Assembly: GCA_965204745.1 (NCBI GenBank)
Contig: OZ242010.1
Coordinates: 4,128,001-4,192,000, forward strand
DNA length: 64,000 nucleotides
Direction of reading: 5' to 3'
DNA from: Candidatus Latescibacterota bacterium
GTDB taxonomy: Bacteria; Latescibacterota; UBA2968
Part shown: positions 19,314 to 30,042 of the stretch, one piece after another
How the letters are laid out: every line of letters begins with the position of its first letter
Numbering within the stretch: position 1 is the stretch's first letter
Translations under genes and position numbers: made by a program
Notes under the pieces: generated by a model
Database searches by the model: none
The model's input: only the letters and a program-made list of their open reading frames with translations
Told to the model about the DNA's origin: nothing

Positions 19314-21620
19314 ATGGCGATACAACAGGAAGATTATTTGGGCATTGCGGATTACAAGGTCGTGGGGACGCGGCCCGTGCGGCACGATGGCACGGACAAG
19401 GTGACGGGCAGGGCGATTTACGGCACGGACCTCAACTTGCCCGACATGCTCTATGCCAAAGTCTTGCGAAGCCCGCATGCACATGCGCGGATCGCGTCTA
19501 TCGACACGCGCAAAGCCGAAGCCCTGGACGGGGTGCGCGCCGTGGTCACGGGCCAGGATTTGGCGCGAAATGCCGAAGAGCAGTTGGCCGATTTGGGCGA
19601 AGAGGTGGTGCGGATTAAGGATTTGTGCGCGGCGGTGCTGGCACGCGAAAAGGAGAAGGTGCTCTATCAGGGCTATCCGGTCGCGGCGGTCGCGGCGGCC
19701 AATGTCCACATCGCCGAAGAAGCCTTGGACTTGATCGAGGTCGAATACGAGGTGTTGCCCCATGTGCTGGATGTGCAGGAGGCGATGAAGGATGACGCGC
19801 CGCTGGTACACGAAGATCAAAAGACCAAATCGATGGGCGAAACGAGCGATAAGCCCAGCAATATCGCGTCTCATTTTCGCACGGAATTGGGCGATGTCGC
19901 GCAGGGGTTTGCCGAGGCCGATGTGATTGTCGAGCGCGAATTTCGCACGGATATGGTGCATCAGGGCTATATCGAACCGCAAAATGCCACGGTCTTGTGG
20001 AATGCCGATGGGATGGTGACGATTTGGTGCAGCAACCAGGGCGCGTTTGGGGTGCGGGATCAGACCGCGAAAATTTTGGGCATTCCGGTGTCGCAGATCA
20101 AGGTCGTCCCCCTGGAAATTGGCGGGGGCTTTGGGGGCAAGATCAAGGCGTATTTGGAACCCATCGCCGCGCTGTTGTCGCGGAAAACCGGGCATCCGGT
20201 CAAAATGATCATGACCCGCACCGAGGTCTTGCAGGCCACAGGCCCCACGTCCGGGTCTTGGATTCGCGTGAAAATGGGCGCGACCCAAGATGGCAAACTC
20301 GTCGCCGCAGAAAGCGAACTCGTCTATGAGTCCGGGGCCTTTTCGGGAAGCCCGGTGAGCGCGGGCGCGCGCAATATGCTGGCGCCCTACGTCATCCCAC
20401 ACGTCTTGGTGGATGGGTATGACGTGGTGGTCAACAAACCCTCGACATCGGCCTATCGCGCGCCGGGCACGACCAATGCGGCGTTTGCCGTTGAAACCGC
20501 GGTGGATGAACTGGCCGAGAAATTGGACCTCGATCCCCTAACTTTTCGGCTGGACAATTCCGCAAAAGAAGGCACGCGCCGCGCCGATGGCCCGATGAAC
20601 AAACGCATTGGACACGAGGAATGCGTGCGTGCGGCGGCCTCTTCCGACCACTATCTGACCGCGCTCAATGGCAAATACCGCGGGCGCGGTGTGGCGTCTG
20701 GTTTTTGGGGCAATGGGGGCGGTGTTTCGAGCGCGGCGGCGAGTGTGAATGACGATGGCACGATCAATTTGGTGGAGGGGTCAACCGATATTGGCGGCAC
20801 GCGCACGTCGGTCGCCATGCAGATGGCTGAGGTCTTGGGCATTTCCGAACAGCAGATCCGCCCGCAGGTCGGCGATACGGATTCGATTGGCTACACGGGC
20901 GTGACCGGCGGGTCGCGCACGACCTTTGCCACGGGTTGGGCCGCTTACAAGTGCGCGCAAGACATCAAAGAGCAGATGATGGCGCGCGCCGCGATCATGT
21001 GGGAGATTTCAGAGGACGATATCGAGTTTGACCAAGGGGTGTTTCGGTCGAAGTCCGATCCGTCCAAGTCGATCACCTTTAAGGACTTGGCGGCGCGGCT
21101 CGATTCCACGGGCGGCCCCGTGATGGGGCGCGCCACGGCAAAGCCCACGGGCGTTGGCGGGGCGTACGCGGTGTCGATAGTGGATGTGGAAGTCGATCCG
21201 GAAACCGGCAAAGTCGATATTTTGCGCGCGTCCATTTTCCAAGATGCGGGCAAGGCGATTTATCCGCCTTATGTGGAAGGGCAGATGCAGGGCGGCGTGG
21301 CGCAGGCGATAGGCTGGGCACTCAACGAAGAGTACGTCTATGACGACAACGGCATTTTGCGGAACGACAGTTTGTTGGATTACCGCATGCCGACGTGCCT
21401 GGACTTGCCGATGATCGACGCGCACATCGTCGAAGTGCCCAATCCCGGACACCCCTACGGCGTGCGCGGCGTGGGCGAGGTGCCGATTGTGCCCCCCACC
21501 GCAGCGGTTGCCAATGCCATTTATGACGCGGTTGGCCTGCGCCTGACCGAGTTGCCCATGTCACCTCCGCGCGTGTTGCGTGCCCTGTGGCAGAAAAACG
21601 GCGGCAATGGCGCAGGGTAA
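19314..21620 (+). CDS. Xanthine dehydrogenase family molybdopterin-binding large subunit
   Basis: LRSPHAHARI, GGGFGGK, AYRAPG, GQMQGG, GVRGVGEVP. Confidence 0.92.
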   Translation: MAIQQEDYLGIADYKVVGTRPVRHDGTDKVTGRAIYGTDLNLPDMLYAKVLRSPHAHARIASIDTRKAEALDGVRAVVTGQDLARNAEEQLADLGEEVVRIKDLCAAVLAREKEKVLYQGYPVAAVAAANVHIAEEALDLIEVEYEVLPHVLDVQEAMKDDAPLVHEDQKTKSMGETSDKPSNIASHFRTELGDVAQGFAEADVIVEREFRTDMVHQGYIEPQNATVLWNADGMVTIWCSNQGAFGVRDQTAKILGIPVSQIKVVPLEIGGGFGGKIKAYLEPIAALLSRKTGHPVKMIMTRTEVLQATGPTSGSWIRVKMGATQDGKLVAAESELVYESGAFSGSPVSAGARNMLAPYVIPHVLVDGYDVVVNKPSTSAYRAPGTTNAAFAVETAVDELAEKLDLDPLTFRLDNSAKEGTRRADGPMNKRIGHEECVRAAASSDHYLTALNGKYRGRGVASGFWGNGGGVSSAAASVNDDGTINLVEGSTDIGGTRTSVAMQMAEVLGISEQQIRPQVGDTDSIGYTGVTGGSRTTFATGWAAYKCAQDIKEQMMARAAIMWEISEDDIEFDQGVFRSKSDPSKSITFKDLAARLDSTGGPVMGRATAKPTGVGGAYAVSIVDVEVDPETGKVDILRASIFQDAGKAIYPPYVEGQMQGGVAQAIGWALNEEYVYDDNGILRNDSLLDYRMPTCLDLPMIDAHIVEVPNPGHPYGVRGVGEVPIVPPTAAVANAIYDAVGLRLTELPMSPPRVLRALWQKNGGNGAG

Positions 21621-21832
21621 GCGGTTGGGGGCCTTCTCCCCTCTTGTATCTTTGGGCGAGGAGCATCGTCACTGCTCACCTTTGAACTAGCTGTCGCTAG
21701 TTGTACCCCGCTCGTGCCTTTTGTGCCTTTTGTGCCTTTTGTGGCTAATAAACTCCCATCTCCATCTTACGTCTCACCTCTTGCTTGCTGGCAGGCAACT
21801 GACAACTGATCCTCGAAACAGGAGTTATAGAC

Positions 21833-22114
21833 ATGCCCGAAGTGTGGATTCCGTCGCTGATGCGTAAATTGACCAATGGCCGGGAAAAGGTGATCGTGGA
21901 AGGGCAGACCCTGCGCGAGGTGATCGAGAATTTGGACGCGCAATTTCCCGGCGTCAAAGATCGGGTGATTTACGAAGATTACCGGATCGCACCGGGGTTG
22001 GCGGTCGCCATCGATGGCGTTGTCACCGAGGAAGGCTTGCGAACCCGAGTGCCGCCCAATAGCGAGGTGCATTTTGTGACCTCCATTGCAGGCGGGTCAG
22101 GTGCTCGGCATTGA
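21833..22114 (+). CDS. MoaD/ThiS family sulfur carrier
   Basis: Ubiquitin-like size; near-terminal SIAGG followed by SGARH. Confidence 0.8.
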   Translation: MPEVWIPSLMRKLTNGREKVIVEGQTLREVIENLDAQFPGVKDRVIYEDYRIAPGLAVAIDGVVTEEGLRTRVPPNSEVHFVTSIAGGSGARH

Positions 22115-22179
22115 CCACGTGCCCGTATAGATCGGCGAACCCACGAGGAAACCACGTGCCCGTATAGATCGCACATGAG

Positions 22180-22216
22180 AACGGCCCCGCGATAGAGCAA
22201 TCGCGGGGCCGTTTTG
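22180..22216 (+). terminator. Intrinsic terminator between convergent genes
   Basis: AACGGCCCCGCGAT...ATCGCGGGGCCGTTTT. Confidence 0.75.
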
Positions 22217-22229
22217 TTGGGGTGTGGAT

Positions 22230-23861
22230 TTATCGCGCATTCCGCAACCGCTTTCTCAGAGTTTCAATTTTCAAGCCATCCTCTGATAGCTCGGATGTCG
22301 GTATCATCTCTAAAATGCGACGCGCTTTTGTCGGTTGGTTTTTGTCGATCAATGCTTCGGCATAGACCACATAGGGTTGGGCGGTTTCGGTTTTTGCGGG
22401 TTGGGCATCAAATCGCATCAGAACGCGCTGGGCAGTTTCGAGGTCATCCGTCGTCATCAGGTAGTTTATGAGTTGGCTCGCCAACGCGCCCGAATTGGGC
22501 AGGGCCTCAAAAGCCATCGCCAAGTGTGACAATGCTGCTCGCCGGTCGCCGGTCGACCACAGCAACGCGCTTTCGCGCACCGCATGGATCACCCTGTGGC
22601 GCGGATGGGCGAGCAGGGTGACGCGAAAATAGGTGCGCCCCTCATCGTAGTCGAATTGGGGTTCTGGCGATCCGTTTTCAGCCATGCGCCTGCGGATTTT
22701 GGGCAACCCGGTTCCGCGGCCTTCGGCCAGTCTCAATTCTTTCAAAAATTCGCCTATCCGCCGATTGCGTGCAGGGACAGGGGGCACGACACTGCCCGGC
22801 GCGAAATGGCGCGCCTCAATGCCGTGAAGGGGCCCCGGATAACTGATGATTTCCAGGCGATCCGGATACACGTATATTTTTGTGGGCTCGAGCAGATTAT
22901 CATAAGAACGGTGATACACGGCGTTGACCACCGCTTCCTCTATCGCCTCGTAGGGATAGGCGACCACGCGCTCTACTTCGGCCTTTCGCGGTTGCTTTTT
23001 CAGGATGACCTCGGTGAGTGAATTGAGGTGAGCCAAGGTGTGGCTGACCTGATCGTTGAGCGGGCCCGCAATCGTTCGCTCGGCGATTAAATCGCCGCCT
23101 GCGTGGTCCGCAAATTGCACGATCTCGATTTGCGCGCCGGGAAAGAAACGCTCCGGGGTCTCGCTGAAGAACAGAAGGGCTGCGTTGCGCGGGGCAAAGT
23201 GATCATTGATCTGGACGACAATTCGCATTCGCCGATACAGGTCGCTGTCTGCGATGTTCGTTTCGGGCGGTATCAGGTCGCTTTGCACCTGGGAAAGGAA
23301 TCGGCGAACCAACGTCGGAGAGATGGCATCGACTGTGGCGCGCAGGTTGCGGCGGTCGTCGAACGGTATTCGCGCGGTTTGCGCGATGAGTTGCGTGCGT
23401 ATTTCCCCTCGCGCTTCAACAGTGCTAGAGCCTTGCCGCACGTAGTATTCCCGTTCGCCACCGCGGCCGCGTTTTGGGGCTTGATAGGGCCGGTTATCGC
23501 CGCCGGGTGCCCAGATAATCAGGATGGTTTTATCGCAGTGCGTTTCGGGAAACACGAGCGGTTGGTACATGGGATCGATGCGGTTGCACTGCCCGCGGAT
23601 CTCGCATTGAAGCTGATCGAGGTCGAGATGCCCGAGGCCGCACGGCGGCAGGATGGGCAGGCCGCGTTCATCGGTGTCAATGCCCAAGATGATGTACCCG
23701 CCGTTCAGGTTGTGCAAGTCATTGGCAAATGCACATACGCTCCGAACAACCGATTCTTTTACCGCGTCATTCCAAGTCGCCTTGAATTCGCGGCGGTTGT
23801 CTTCCACTGATCTGGCGTGGATCAGATTGTCGATGTTGATTGGCGAGTTCTGCATGGGCAT
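22230..23861 (-). CDS. Schlafen/AlbA_2 + HATPase_c_4-like protein with TPR-like tail
   Basis: REFKATW..VCAFAN..GGYIILGI; EEAVVNAVYHRSY; RNRRIGEFLKEL..EGRGTG. Confidence 0.85.
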   Translation of the reverse strand: MPMQNSPINIDNLIHARSVEDNRREFKATWNDAVKESVVRSVCAFANDLHNLNGGYIILGIDTDERGLPILPPCGLGHLDLDQLQCEIRGQCNRIDPMYQPLVFPETHCDKTILIIWAPGGDNRPYQAPKRGRGGEREYYVRQGSSTVEARGEIRTQLIAQTARIPFDDRRNLRATVDAISPTLVRRFLSQVQSDLIPPETNIADSDLYRRMRIVVQINDHFAPRNAALLFFSETPERFFPGAQIEIVQFADHAGGDLIAERTIAGPLNDQVSHTLAHLNSLTEVILKKQPRKAEVERVVAYPYEAIEEAVVNAVYHRSYDNLLEPTKIYVYPDRLEIISYPGPLHGIEARHFAPGSVVPPVPARNRRIGEFLKELRLAEGRGTGLPKIRRRMAENGSPEPQFDYDEGRTYFRVTLLAHPRHRVIHAVRESALLWSTGDRRAALSHLAMAFEALPNSGALASQLINYLMTTDDLETAQRVLMRFDAQPAKTETAQPYVVYAEALIDKNQPTKARRILEMIPTSELSEDGLKIETLRKRLRNAR

Positions 23862-23884
23862 CCCAACCGGGCATTAGGTGATCG

Positions 23885-24997
23885 CTAAGTGCAAAACCGG
23901 CGCACCAGTTCCGAAAAGGTTTCGACAGCGCGGTGGAGTTGGTCGATTTCGATCCATTCGTCGATGGTGTGGGCTTGTTGGATGTTGCCGGGGCCGAGGA
24001 CGACGAGTTCCATTGTTTTGCCGAAGATCATGCCATCCGTGCCATAAGCCACGGTTTTGGGCGCGCGCGTTTGCGTGACACCAAGGGCTTCGCGCACGAT
24101 GCGGGAATCCACTGGCGTGGCGAGTGGGAAGAGGTCGTCATGGATTTCGATGTCGATGCCATGGGTTTGCGCGAGGGATCTGATTTTGTCGAGCACGGGG
24201 TCGAAATTTTGCCCGGGCATCGGGCGCATGTTGATGGTTGCCCCGGCTTCTGGCGCGGTGATGTTAGACGCTCGTTCCCCCCCGTGAATGACGATGTTGA
24301 GCGTGGCGTGCGGCGGCGTGAACGCGGGGTTGAGGTACTCTGCGTCGGTTTGGAGCGTGCGGTCAATGGCGAGCATGGCGTTGAGAAACGGGATCAACTT
24401 GTGATTGGCGTTGACGCCTTGGCCCGTGCTGCTGTGCGCGGCTTTGCCCGTGGCCGCAATGCTGATTTTGACCGAGCCTTTGTGCGCGTGTACCACCTCG
24501 AGCAGGGTCGGCTCGCCAATAATGCCGTAGCGCGCATTAGAGGTTTTTAAGACCTCTGATTTTTCGGCGACGACCGCGGCCCCGCCGCAGTTGATTTCCT
24601 CGTCTGCGGTGACGACCACGTAGATGGGGTGCGCGAGTTCGCTTTCGGTGAAACGATTCGCGGTGGCGATCATGCACGCGACCGAGCCTTTCATGTCCGC
24701 GACGCCGCGGCCGTAGATTTTCGATCCCTTTTGCACGACCTGAAAGGGATCCCACGCCCACCCCTCGGCGGGCACTGTGTCGTTGTGACCCATCAGGGCA
24801 AGCCCGCCTGTGCCGCGGCCTTTTTTGCCCACGAGGTTCAACTTGGGAATGCCATTGGGGTCCGCGTATGGAATGCGTTCAACAGCCAGGCCGGCCTCGC
24901 GCATTTTTGTTGCCATGGCATTTGAACAATCGACATTGCTCAAAGAACTGGCCGAGTTGAAGGAAACAAATTCTCGCGTGAGTTGTACGGGGTCCAT
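23885..24997 (-). CDS. argE: M20 peptidase, acetylornithine deacetylase-like
   Basis: GHNDTVP, GRGVADMKG, ADEE, GEPT, AHTIDE. Confidence 0.8.
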   Translation of the reverse strand: MDPVQLTREFVSFNSASSLSNVDCSNAMATKMREAGLAVERIPYADPNGIPKLNLVGKKGRGTGGLALMGHNDTVPAEGWAWDPFQVVQKGSKIYGRGVADMKGSVACMIATANRFTESELAHPIYVVVTADEEINCGGAAVVAEKSEVLKTSNARYGIIGEPTLLEVVHAHKGSVKISIAATGKAAHSSTGQGVNANHKLIPFLNAMLAIDRTLQTDAEYLNPAFTPPHATLNIVIHGGERASNITAPEAGATINMRPMPGQNFDPVLDKIRSLAQTHGIDIEIHDDLFPLATPVDSRIVREALGVTQTRAPKTVAYGTDGMIFGKTMELVVLGPGNIQQAHTIDEWIEIDQLHRAVETFSELVRRFCT

Positions 24998-25182
24998 AAA
25001 ATCCCTTTCTCAGAACAAGTGGGAATGCGGCGATGAACGGGATTGAGCGCGGGCAATATACGTCGGTGTGGCGAATGGGGCAATCAATTCCCCAATGGAT
25101 GGTTAGACGCTGTGGTTGTCAATTTTGCCGGTCGGACTTAGATTGTGGCGTCAATACAAACCCTCTAACCGAGAATCCTACT

Positions 25183-26811
25183 ATGGCTTTTTCATCACAT
25201 GGCATAACACACAGATCCACGGTGACGGGCACGCGCGGGATGGTGGCTTGCGCGCATCCATTGGCCGCGCTATCGGGGGTGCGAATCTTGCTCGACGGGG
25301 GCAATGCGTTTGACGCTGCGGTCGCGGTTGCCGCCGCGCTCAATGTGGTCGAACCGTATATGTCCGGCATTGCGGGCGTGGGCTATGCCATGCTCTACGA
25401 CGCGAAAAATGACCGCGTGCGCGTGTTGGATTACTGCGGGCGAACGCCTTATGAAGCGCGTGCCGAGTTGTTTGACGCGATGGCGGACAAAGATGCCGGG
25501 CCGCGCTCGTGCCTGACGCCTGGCGCGTGTGCCGGGTGGTTGGCACTGTTGGAACGCCACGGCACGATGTCGCCTGCACGGGTTTTCGCGCCTGCGATTG
25601 AATTGGCAGAGCAAGGCTTTGCCCTGACCGTGAAGAACAGCGCGTTTATGGGCAACAGCGGCGGGCGGCTGAACGAAAATGCCGCACAGGTGATTTTATC
25701 GCGTGGTCGCGCGCCATTGCCGGGCGAAGTGCTCGTCCAAAAGGATTTGGCGCGCACGTTTCGGCGGGTCGCCGAGGGCGGCGCAGAGGTGTTTTATCGC
25801 GGGGATTTGGCCAGGGAGATGGCGGCGTGGGTTCAAGCCCAAGGCGGGTGGTTGTCCGAGCGCGATTTTGCGGCGTTTGAACCGGACTGGGTCGATCCCA
25901 TCGCCACGCCCTATCGGGGCTATGCGGTGATGTGCCCGCCGCCGCCGAGTGCGGGGTTTCAGATTCTCGAAACGCTCAATATGCTCGAGGGCTATGACCT
26001 CGCGGAGATGGGCCATCACTCGGAACTCGGCCTTCATGTGTTCATCGAAGCCGTGCGCTTGGGCAATGCGGATCGGATAGAATACGCCGCCGCAGCGCGT
26101 CCCCCCATTCGGGGCTTGCTGTCCAAAGGCTATGCCGCAGAACGCCGAAAGCAGATTGGAAACCGCGCGGGGGTGCATCGGGGCGAGTGGTATCCAGAGA
26201 CCAAATTGCCGGATGAAATCGCGCCGGGAGATCCCACGGCTTGGATCGACGAATGTACCACGCACTTTGACGTGGTCGATGCCGAGGGCAATGCCGTGGC
26301 GATCACGCAGAGCTTGGGGTCGGGTTTTGGATCCGGGATGATGATGGGCGATACGGGCATGTTTTTGAACAATTTTATTCGGTGGGGCGATCTCGTTCCG
26401 CACAGCCCGAATTGCATTGCGCCGCACAAAAAATTGGATATGTGCTTGTCGCCGCTGTTGGTGTTTCGAGACGGCGCGCTCTTTTCCGCGCTGGGCACGC
26501 CGGGCAGTTGGGGCATTCAACAGACGTCCGTGCAATTTTTGACCCATGTGTTGGATTACGGAATGAACATTCAGGCGGCGATAGAAGCCCCGCGGTTCCG
26601 CATCGAAGGCGCGGGCACACAAGTGTCCATTGAACGGCGCGTGCCGCGATCTGTTCGGCGCGCGCTGATGGCGCGAGGGCACGACGTGAAGGTGTTGCCC
26701 GAGTACTCCCCAGTTTGCGGCGGCGCGCAGGGGATTGTGGTCGATAGCGAAACCGGCGCGCTGATGGGCGGCGCAGATCCGAGGCGCGATGGGTACGCGA
26801 TTGGGATTTGA
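25183..26811 (+). CDS. ggt: Gamma-glutamyltransferase
   Basis: GGNAFDAA, TTHFDVVD.EGNAV nucleophile, GADPRRDG. Confidence 0.9.
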   Translation: MAFSSHGITHRSTVTGTRGMVACAHPLAALSGVRILLDGGNAFDAAVAVAAALNVVEPYMSGIAGVGYAMLYDAKNDRVRVLDYCGRTPYEARAELFDAMADKDAGPRSCLTPGACAGWLALLERHGTMSPARVFAPAIELAEQGFALTVKNSAFMGNSGGRLNENAAQVILSRGRAPLPGEVLVQKDLARTFRRVAEGGAEVFYRGDLAREMAAWVQAQGGWLSERDFAAFEPDWVDPIATPYRGYAVMCPPPPSAGFQILETLNMLEGYDLAEMGHHSELGLHVFIEAVRLGNADRIEYAAAARPPIRGLLSKGYAAERRKQIGNRAGVHRGEWYPETKLPDEIAPGDPTAWIDECTTHFDVVDAEGNAVAITQSLGSGFGSGMMMGDTGMFLNNFIRWGDLVPHSPNCIAPHKKLDMCLSPLLVFRDGALFSALGTPGSWGIQQTSVQFLTHVLDYGMNIQAAIEAPRFRIEGAGTQVSIERRVPRSVRRALMARGHDVKVLPEYSPVCGGAQGIVVDSETGALMGGADPRRDGYAIGI

Positions 26812-26911
26812 GGGACAGTTCCGGCCTCGCCATCCCAAAGGCGGATGGAACGTAGAGCCGATGCCCCCGCGCTCGGTCAAAGCGTGGTCGCTTTTGAATC
26901 GAGGAGAAGAT

Positions 26912-28087
26912 ATGGCAGATTTCGATCTTGCGGTTGAGCAGATCACATTCGGTCCCAAACATCACTTTTTTGGATACATAGGCCAATCGCAGACCATCCC
27001 TTGGAATCAAAGTGGTCGCTATATCGTGGCGTTGCAAAGCGCGTTTCAGGATCACATGCCCGGGCCTGGCGAGGCCGCGGATGTGATTTTGATCGATGTG
27101 GAAAATGACCATGGGATCCGCGTGGTCGATCAGTCGCAGGGGTGGAATCCACAGCAGGGCACGATGTTTTACTGGAATCCGGAATCGCCCGAGACGCAGT
27201 TCTTTTTTAATGACCGCGACCCCGACACGCAGAAGGTTTTCACGGTGTTGTTCGACATTGCAAGGGGCGAGCGCGTCCGCGAGTATCGGTATGCGGATAC
27301 GCCGTTTGGCAACAGCGGCGTGGCGCAAAATGGCGGGTATTTTTTGGGCTTGAATTACGCGCGGATGGCGAGGTTGCGCCCGGTGACCGGCTATCTCGGC
27401 GCCGCGGATTGGACCGAGGGCGTGGCGCATCCGGAGGACGATGGGATTTTTAAGGTCGATGTGCGTACGGGCGAAAAGGCGTTGATCGCGTCGTTTGCCC
27501 AACTGCGGGATGCCCTGCGGGACGATCATCCGGGGGTGGAAGACAAGCATCTGTTTATCAACCACACCCTTTGGAGTCGGGATGATGATCGGATTTATTT
27601 TTACGCACGGGGCAATTTCAACAGACGTGCGGAGCGGCTCAACGTGCCTTTTACAGTGCATCCCGATGGCAGTGGCTTGACGATTCAAGAGGTGTTTATC
27701 GGGGGGCATCCCGAATGGTTGGAAGGCCACGAGATGCTCGGGCACAATGCGGATGAGTTGGTGGTGTACGACGCGGATCAACAACGCATTGTGAGGACCT
27801 TGGGGGACCGCTCTGTTTTTCCCGATCCAGGCGGCGACAATGCGTTTTCCCCAGATGGAAAATGGATCGTCAATGGTTCGGGGCCAAAAGGCGGCACGAT
27901 TTACGTTATGTATCGCATGGGCGATGGCGCGTGGGCACGAACCGAGCGATACGATCAAGGGGCGTGGCTATCGGGCGATTTGCGGAGCGACCCCGCGCCC
28001 TGCTGGAATCGCACGAGCGATCAGGTGTTGTTCCCATCTGTTTCCAGCGATGGCACGCGCCAGTTATTCGTCATGACCCGGCAATAG
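26912..28087 (+). CDS. Hypothetical beta-propeller protein (TolB/oligogalacturonate lyase-like)
   Basis: GAGGAG RBS; HHFFGY, FSPDGKW, DPAPCW repeats. Confidence 0.65.
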   Translation: MADFDLAVEQITFGPKHHFFGYIGQSQTIPWNQSGRYIVALQSAFQDHMPGPGEAADVILIDVENDHGIRVVDQSQGWNPQQGTMFYWNPESPETQFFFNDRDPDTQKVFTVLFDIARGERVREYRYADTPFGNSGVAQNGGYFLGLNYARMARLRPVTGYLGAADWTEGVAHPEDDGIFKVDVRTGEKALIASFAQLRDALRDDHPGVEDKHLFINHTLWSRDDDRIYFYARGNFNRRAERLNVPFTVHPDGSGLTIQEVFIGGHPEWLEGHEMLGHNADELVVYDADQQRIVRTLGDRSVFPDPGGDNAFSPDGKWIVNGSGPKGGTIYVMYRMGDGAWARTERYDQGAWLSGDLRSDPAPCWNRTSDQVLFPSVSSDGTRQLFVMTRQ

Positions 28088-28097
28088 GAAGGACATT

Positions 28098-29132
28098 ATG
28101 AACAAAAGCGAATCGCGTTGTTTTGCGGGATTGGACATCGGCGGGACGAGTGTGAAATCCCTGCTCGTAGATGCGTCTGGCAATCGGTTGGGCGAGATGG
28201 TGGAAGTGTCCAGCCGCGTCAAGGAGGGGTACGCGGCCACGTTTGACCAACTCGAAAAAGCCCTGGCGTTGCTGACAGAGCAAGCCGGGCGCAGGCGGTC
28301 TGATATCGCGGGAATCGGCTTGGATGTGCCCGCGCCGAGCAGTGGGGGCATCATTCGGGTGCAGGCCAACTTGGGCGGGGATTGGGTGGGTGTGAATATC
28401 CGCGAGTCATTTGCCGCGCGCGTGGCCGCGCCCGTGTACATGACGAATGATGGCAATGCAGCGGCAGCAGGGGAATACGCGGCCCGACCGGATACCGAGG
28501 ATGGCTTGTTGCTCATCGCGCCCGGCACGGGCCTAGGCGGGGGATTGGTCTTGCCCGGCGGGCAGATTTACGAAGGTGCGAATGGTCTCGCGCTAGAGGT
28601 GGGCCATGCGTCTGTGCCATTTCGGGAAGCCGATGGCGCGTTGCCAGTGTGCTCGTGCGGCCTAAAGGGCTGCGCGGAGACCTGGGTTTCCCTGATGGCG
28701 TTGCGGCGGCGATTGGGCATTGAATTGACCAAGGACAACTGGCGAGGCCACGCGCTGAACACCTCGTCCGCGTCCATTGAAGAGAAGGCGTATCAACTCC
28801 GCGATTACGCCGAACGGGGCGACGCGCTCGCCATGTCGCTCTTTTTGGAGCAGGCGTTCATTCTCGGGCATGCCATCGCCAGTTGGGTGCGCCTGTTCGA
28901 TCCGGGGCTCGTGGTGCTCGGCGGGGGCCTTGCCGAGACGTCTTTCCGCGACCGGTATATGGCGCGGGTGATCGAGGGATTCGAGGATGGAAGTTGGCCG
29001 ATCTACCTCACCAGTCCCTCTGATTCACAGGCCATTGCAACGCGATTTGAATGGGCACGCGAAGGAGATTCCGCCGCCGCGCTGGGCATGGCATTTGTCG
29101 CACGCGCGGTGTTTGGAGAAAAACTCGTCTGA
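28098..29132 (+). other. ROK family sugar kinase
   Basis: GLDIGGT, NDGNAAAAGE, GTGLGGG, EVGH, CSCG..GCAE. Confidence 0.9.
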
Positions 29133-29287
29133 ATCGCGGATTTGGGGATTGCGCGGATTACCCGCTACCCCGCATCTGCTACATTCTTTTTTTAGCCATC
29201 AAAACATCGCCCCATCCGAGGTCGCCTAAGCGATTTCAGATGGGGCTTTTTCTTCTCTATCCGCATTGCCTACGGGGATGGTAAGGC

Positions 29288-29833
29288 TCAAAAGAAGAAT
29301 TTGAGGCCCGCATAGACGCGGTCGATGTCTGTGGTGCGGTTGTCGGAGAAGACGAAATCGTGCTTGTAGTCGAGTCCGATACGCACCCTTTCGTGCAGGA
29401 TGATGTCGATGCCCGCGCCTGGGGCCAGGCCGAAGTTGCGGTCGCCCTGTTCGGGTGCGTACAGCCCGGCGTTGAGGGAGACGTGGTACACAAATGGGTC
29501 GAACACGTACGCAAAGCGCGAGCCGAGGCTGATGATGGACATGTTGCGGTCAGAGAGGTACGCATATCCCGCTTGAATGCCGAGCCATTCGTCCATTTCA
29601 ACACCGAGTTCGGCCCCGTAGAGAAACCCCGTGCGCGTGTTGTTGAGGTCCGTTTTGTCGAAAAAGCCAGAGCCAAAGGCCGTGTTGAGATAGAAGCGAT
29701 GGCGTTGCTCGCCGAAGGGATAGCCTCCTTGGCCAAATTCGCTTTCTTCTGCTCCATCCGTGCGCCCCGTTTGCGCGCTGGCTCCGCCCGTCAACAGCAG
29801 GGCGATAGCGAGTGTGAAAAGCATGCGTTTCAT
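29288..29833 (-). CDS. Outer-membrane beta-barrel protein
   Basis: Signal peptide, amphipathic strands, terminal Phe. Confidence 0.8.
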   Translation of the reverse strand: MKRMLFTLAIALLLTGGASAQTGRTDGAEESEFGQGGYPFGEQRHRFYLNTAFGSGFFDKTDLNNTRTGFLYGAELGVEMDEWLGIQAGYAYLSDRNMSIISLGSRFAYVFDPFVYHVSLNAGLYAPEQGDRNFGLAPGAGIDIILHERVRIGLDYKHDFVFSDNRTTDIDRVYAGLKFFF

Positions 29834-29976
29834 GGTGTTGCTCCTTTCCGGAATGGCGTTGTGCCAAGCCTGTGCCCGTTTGGGTGTCAGGCTTTTTGAT
29901 TTGTGTTTCGGGCGATCACGGGAGCATCGCCCCTACGGTTTTGATCTACGGCCAGCCGCGAGCCTTTGGGCGGCCT

Positions 29977-30041
29977 TCTCACCTCTCCCGTCTCACCTCT
30001 CCCGTCTCACCTCTCCCGTCTCACCTCTCCCGTCTCACCTC
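29977..30041. repeat. 14-bp tandem repeat (TCTCACCTCTCCCG) x4.6
   Basis: Read directly; related fragments near 16148, 16420, 21765. Confidence 0.9.
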
Positions 30042-30042
30042 A

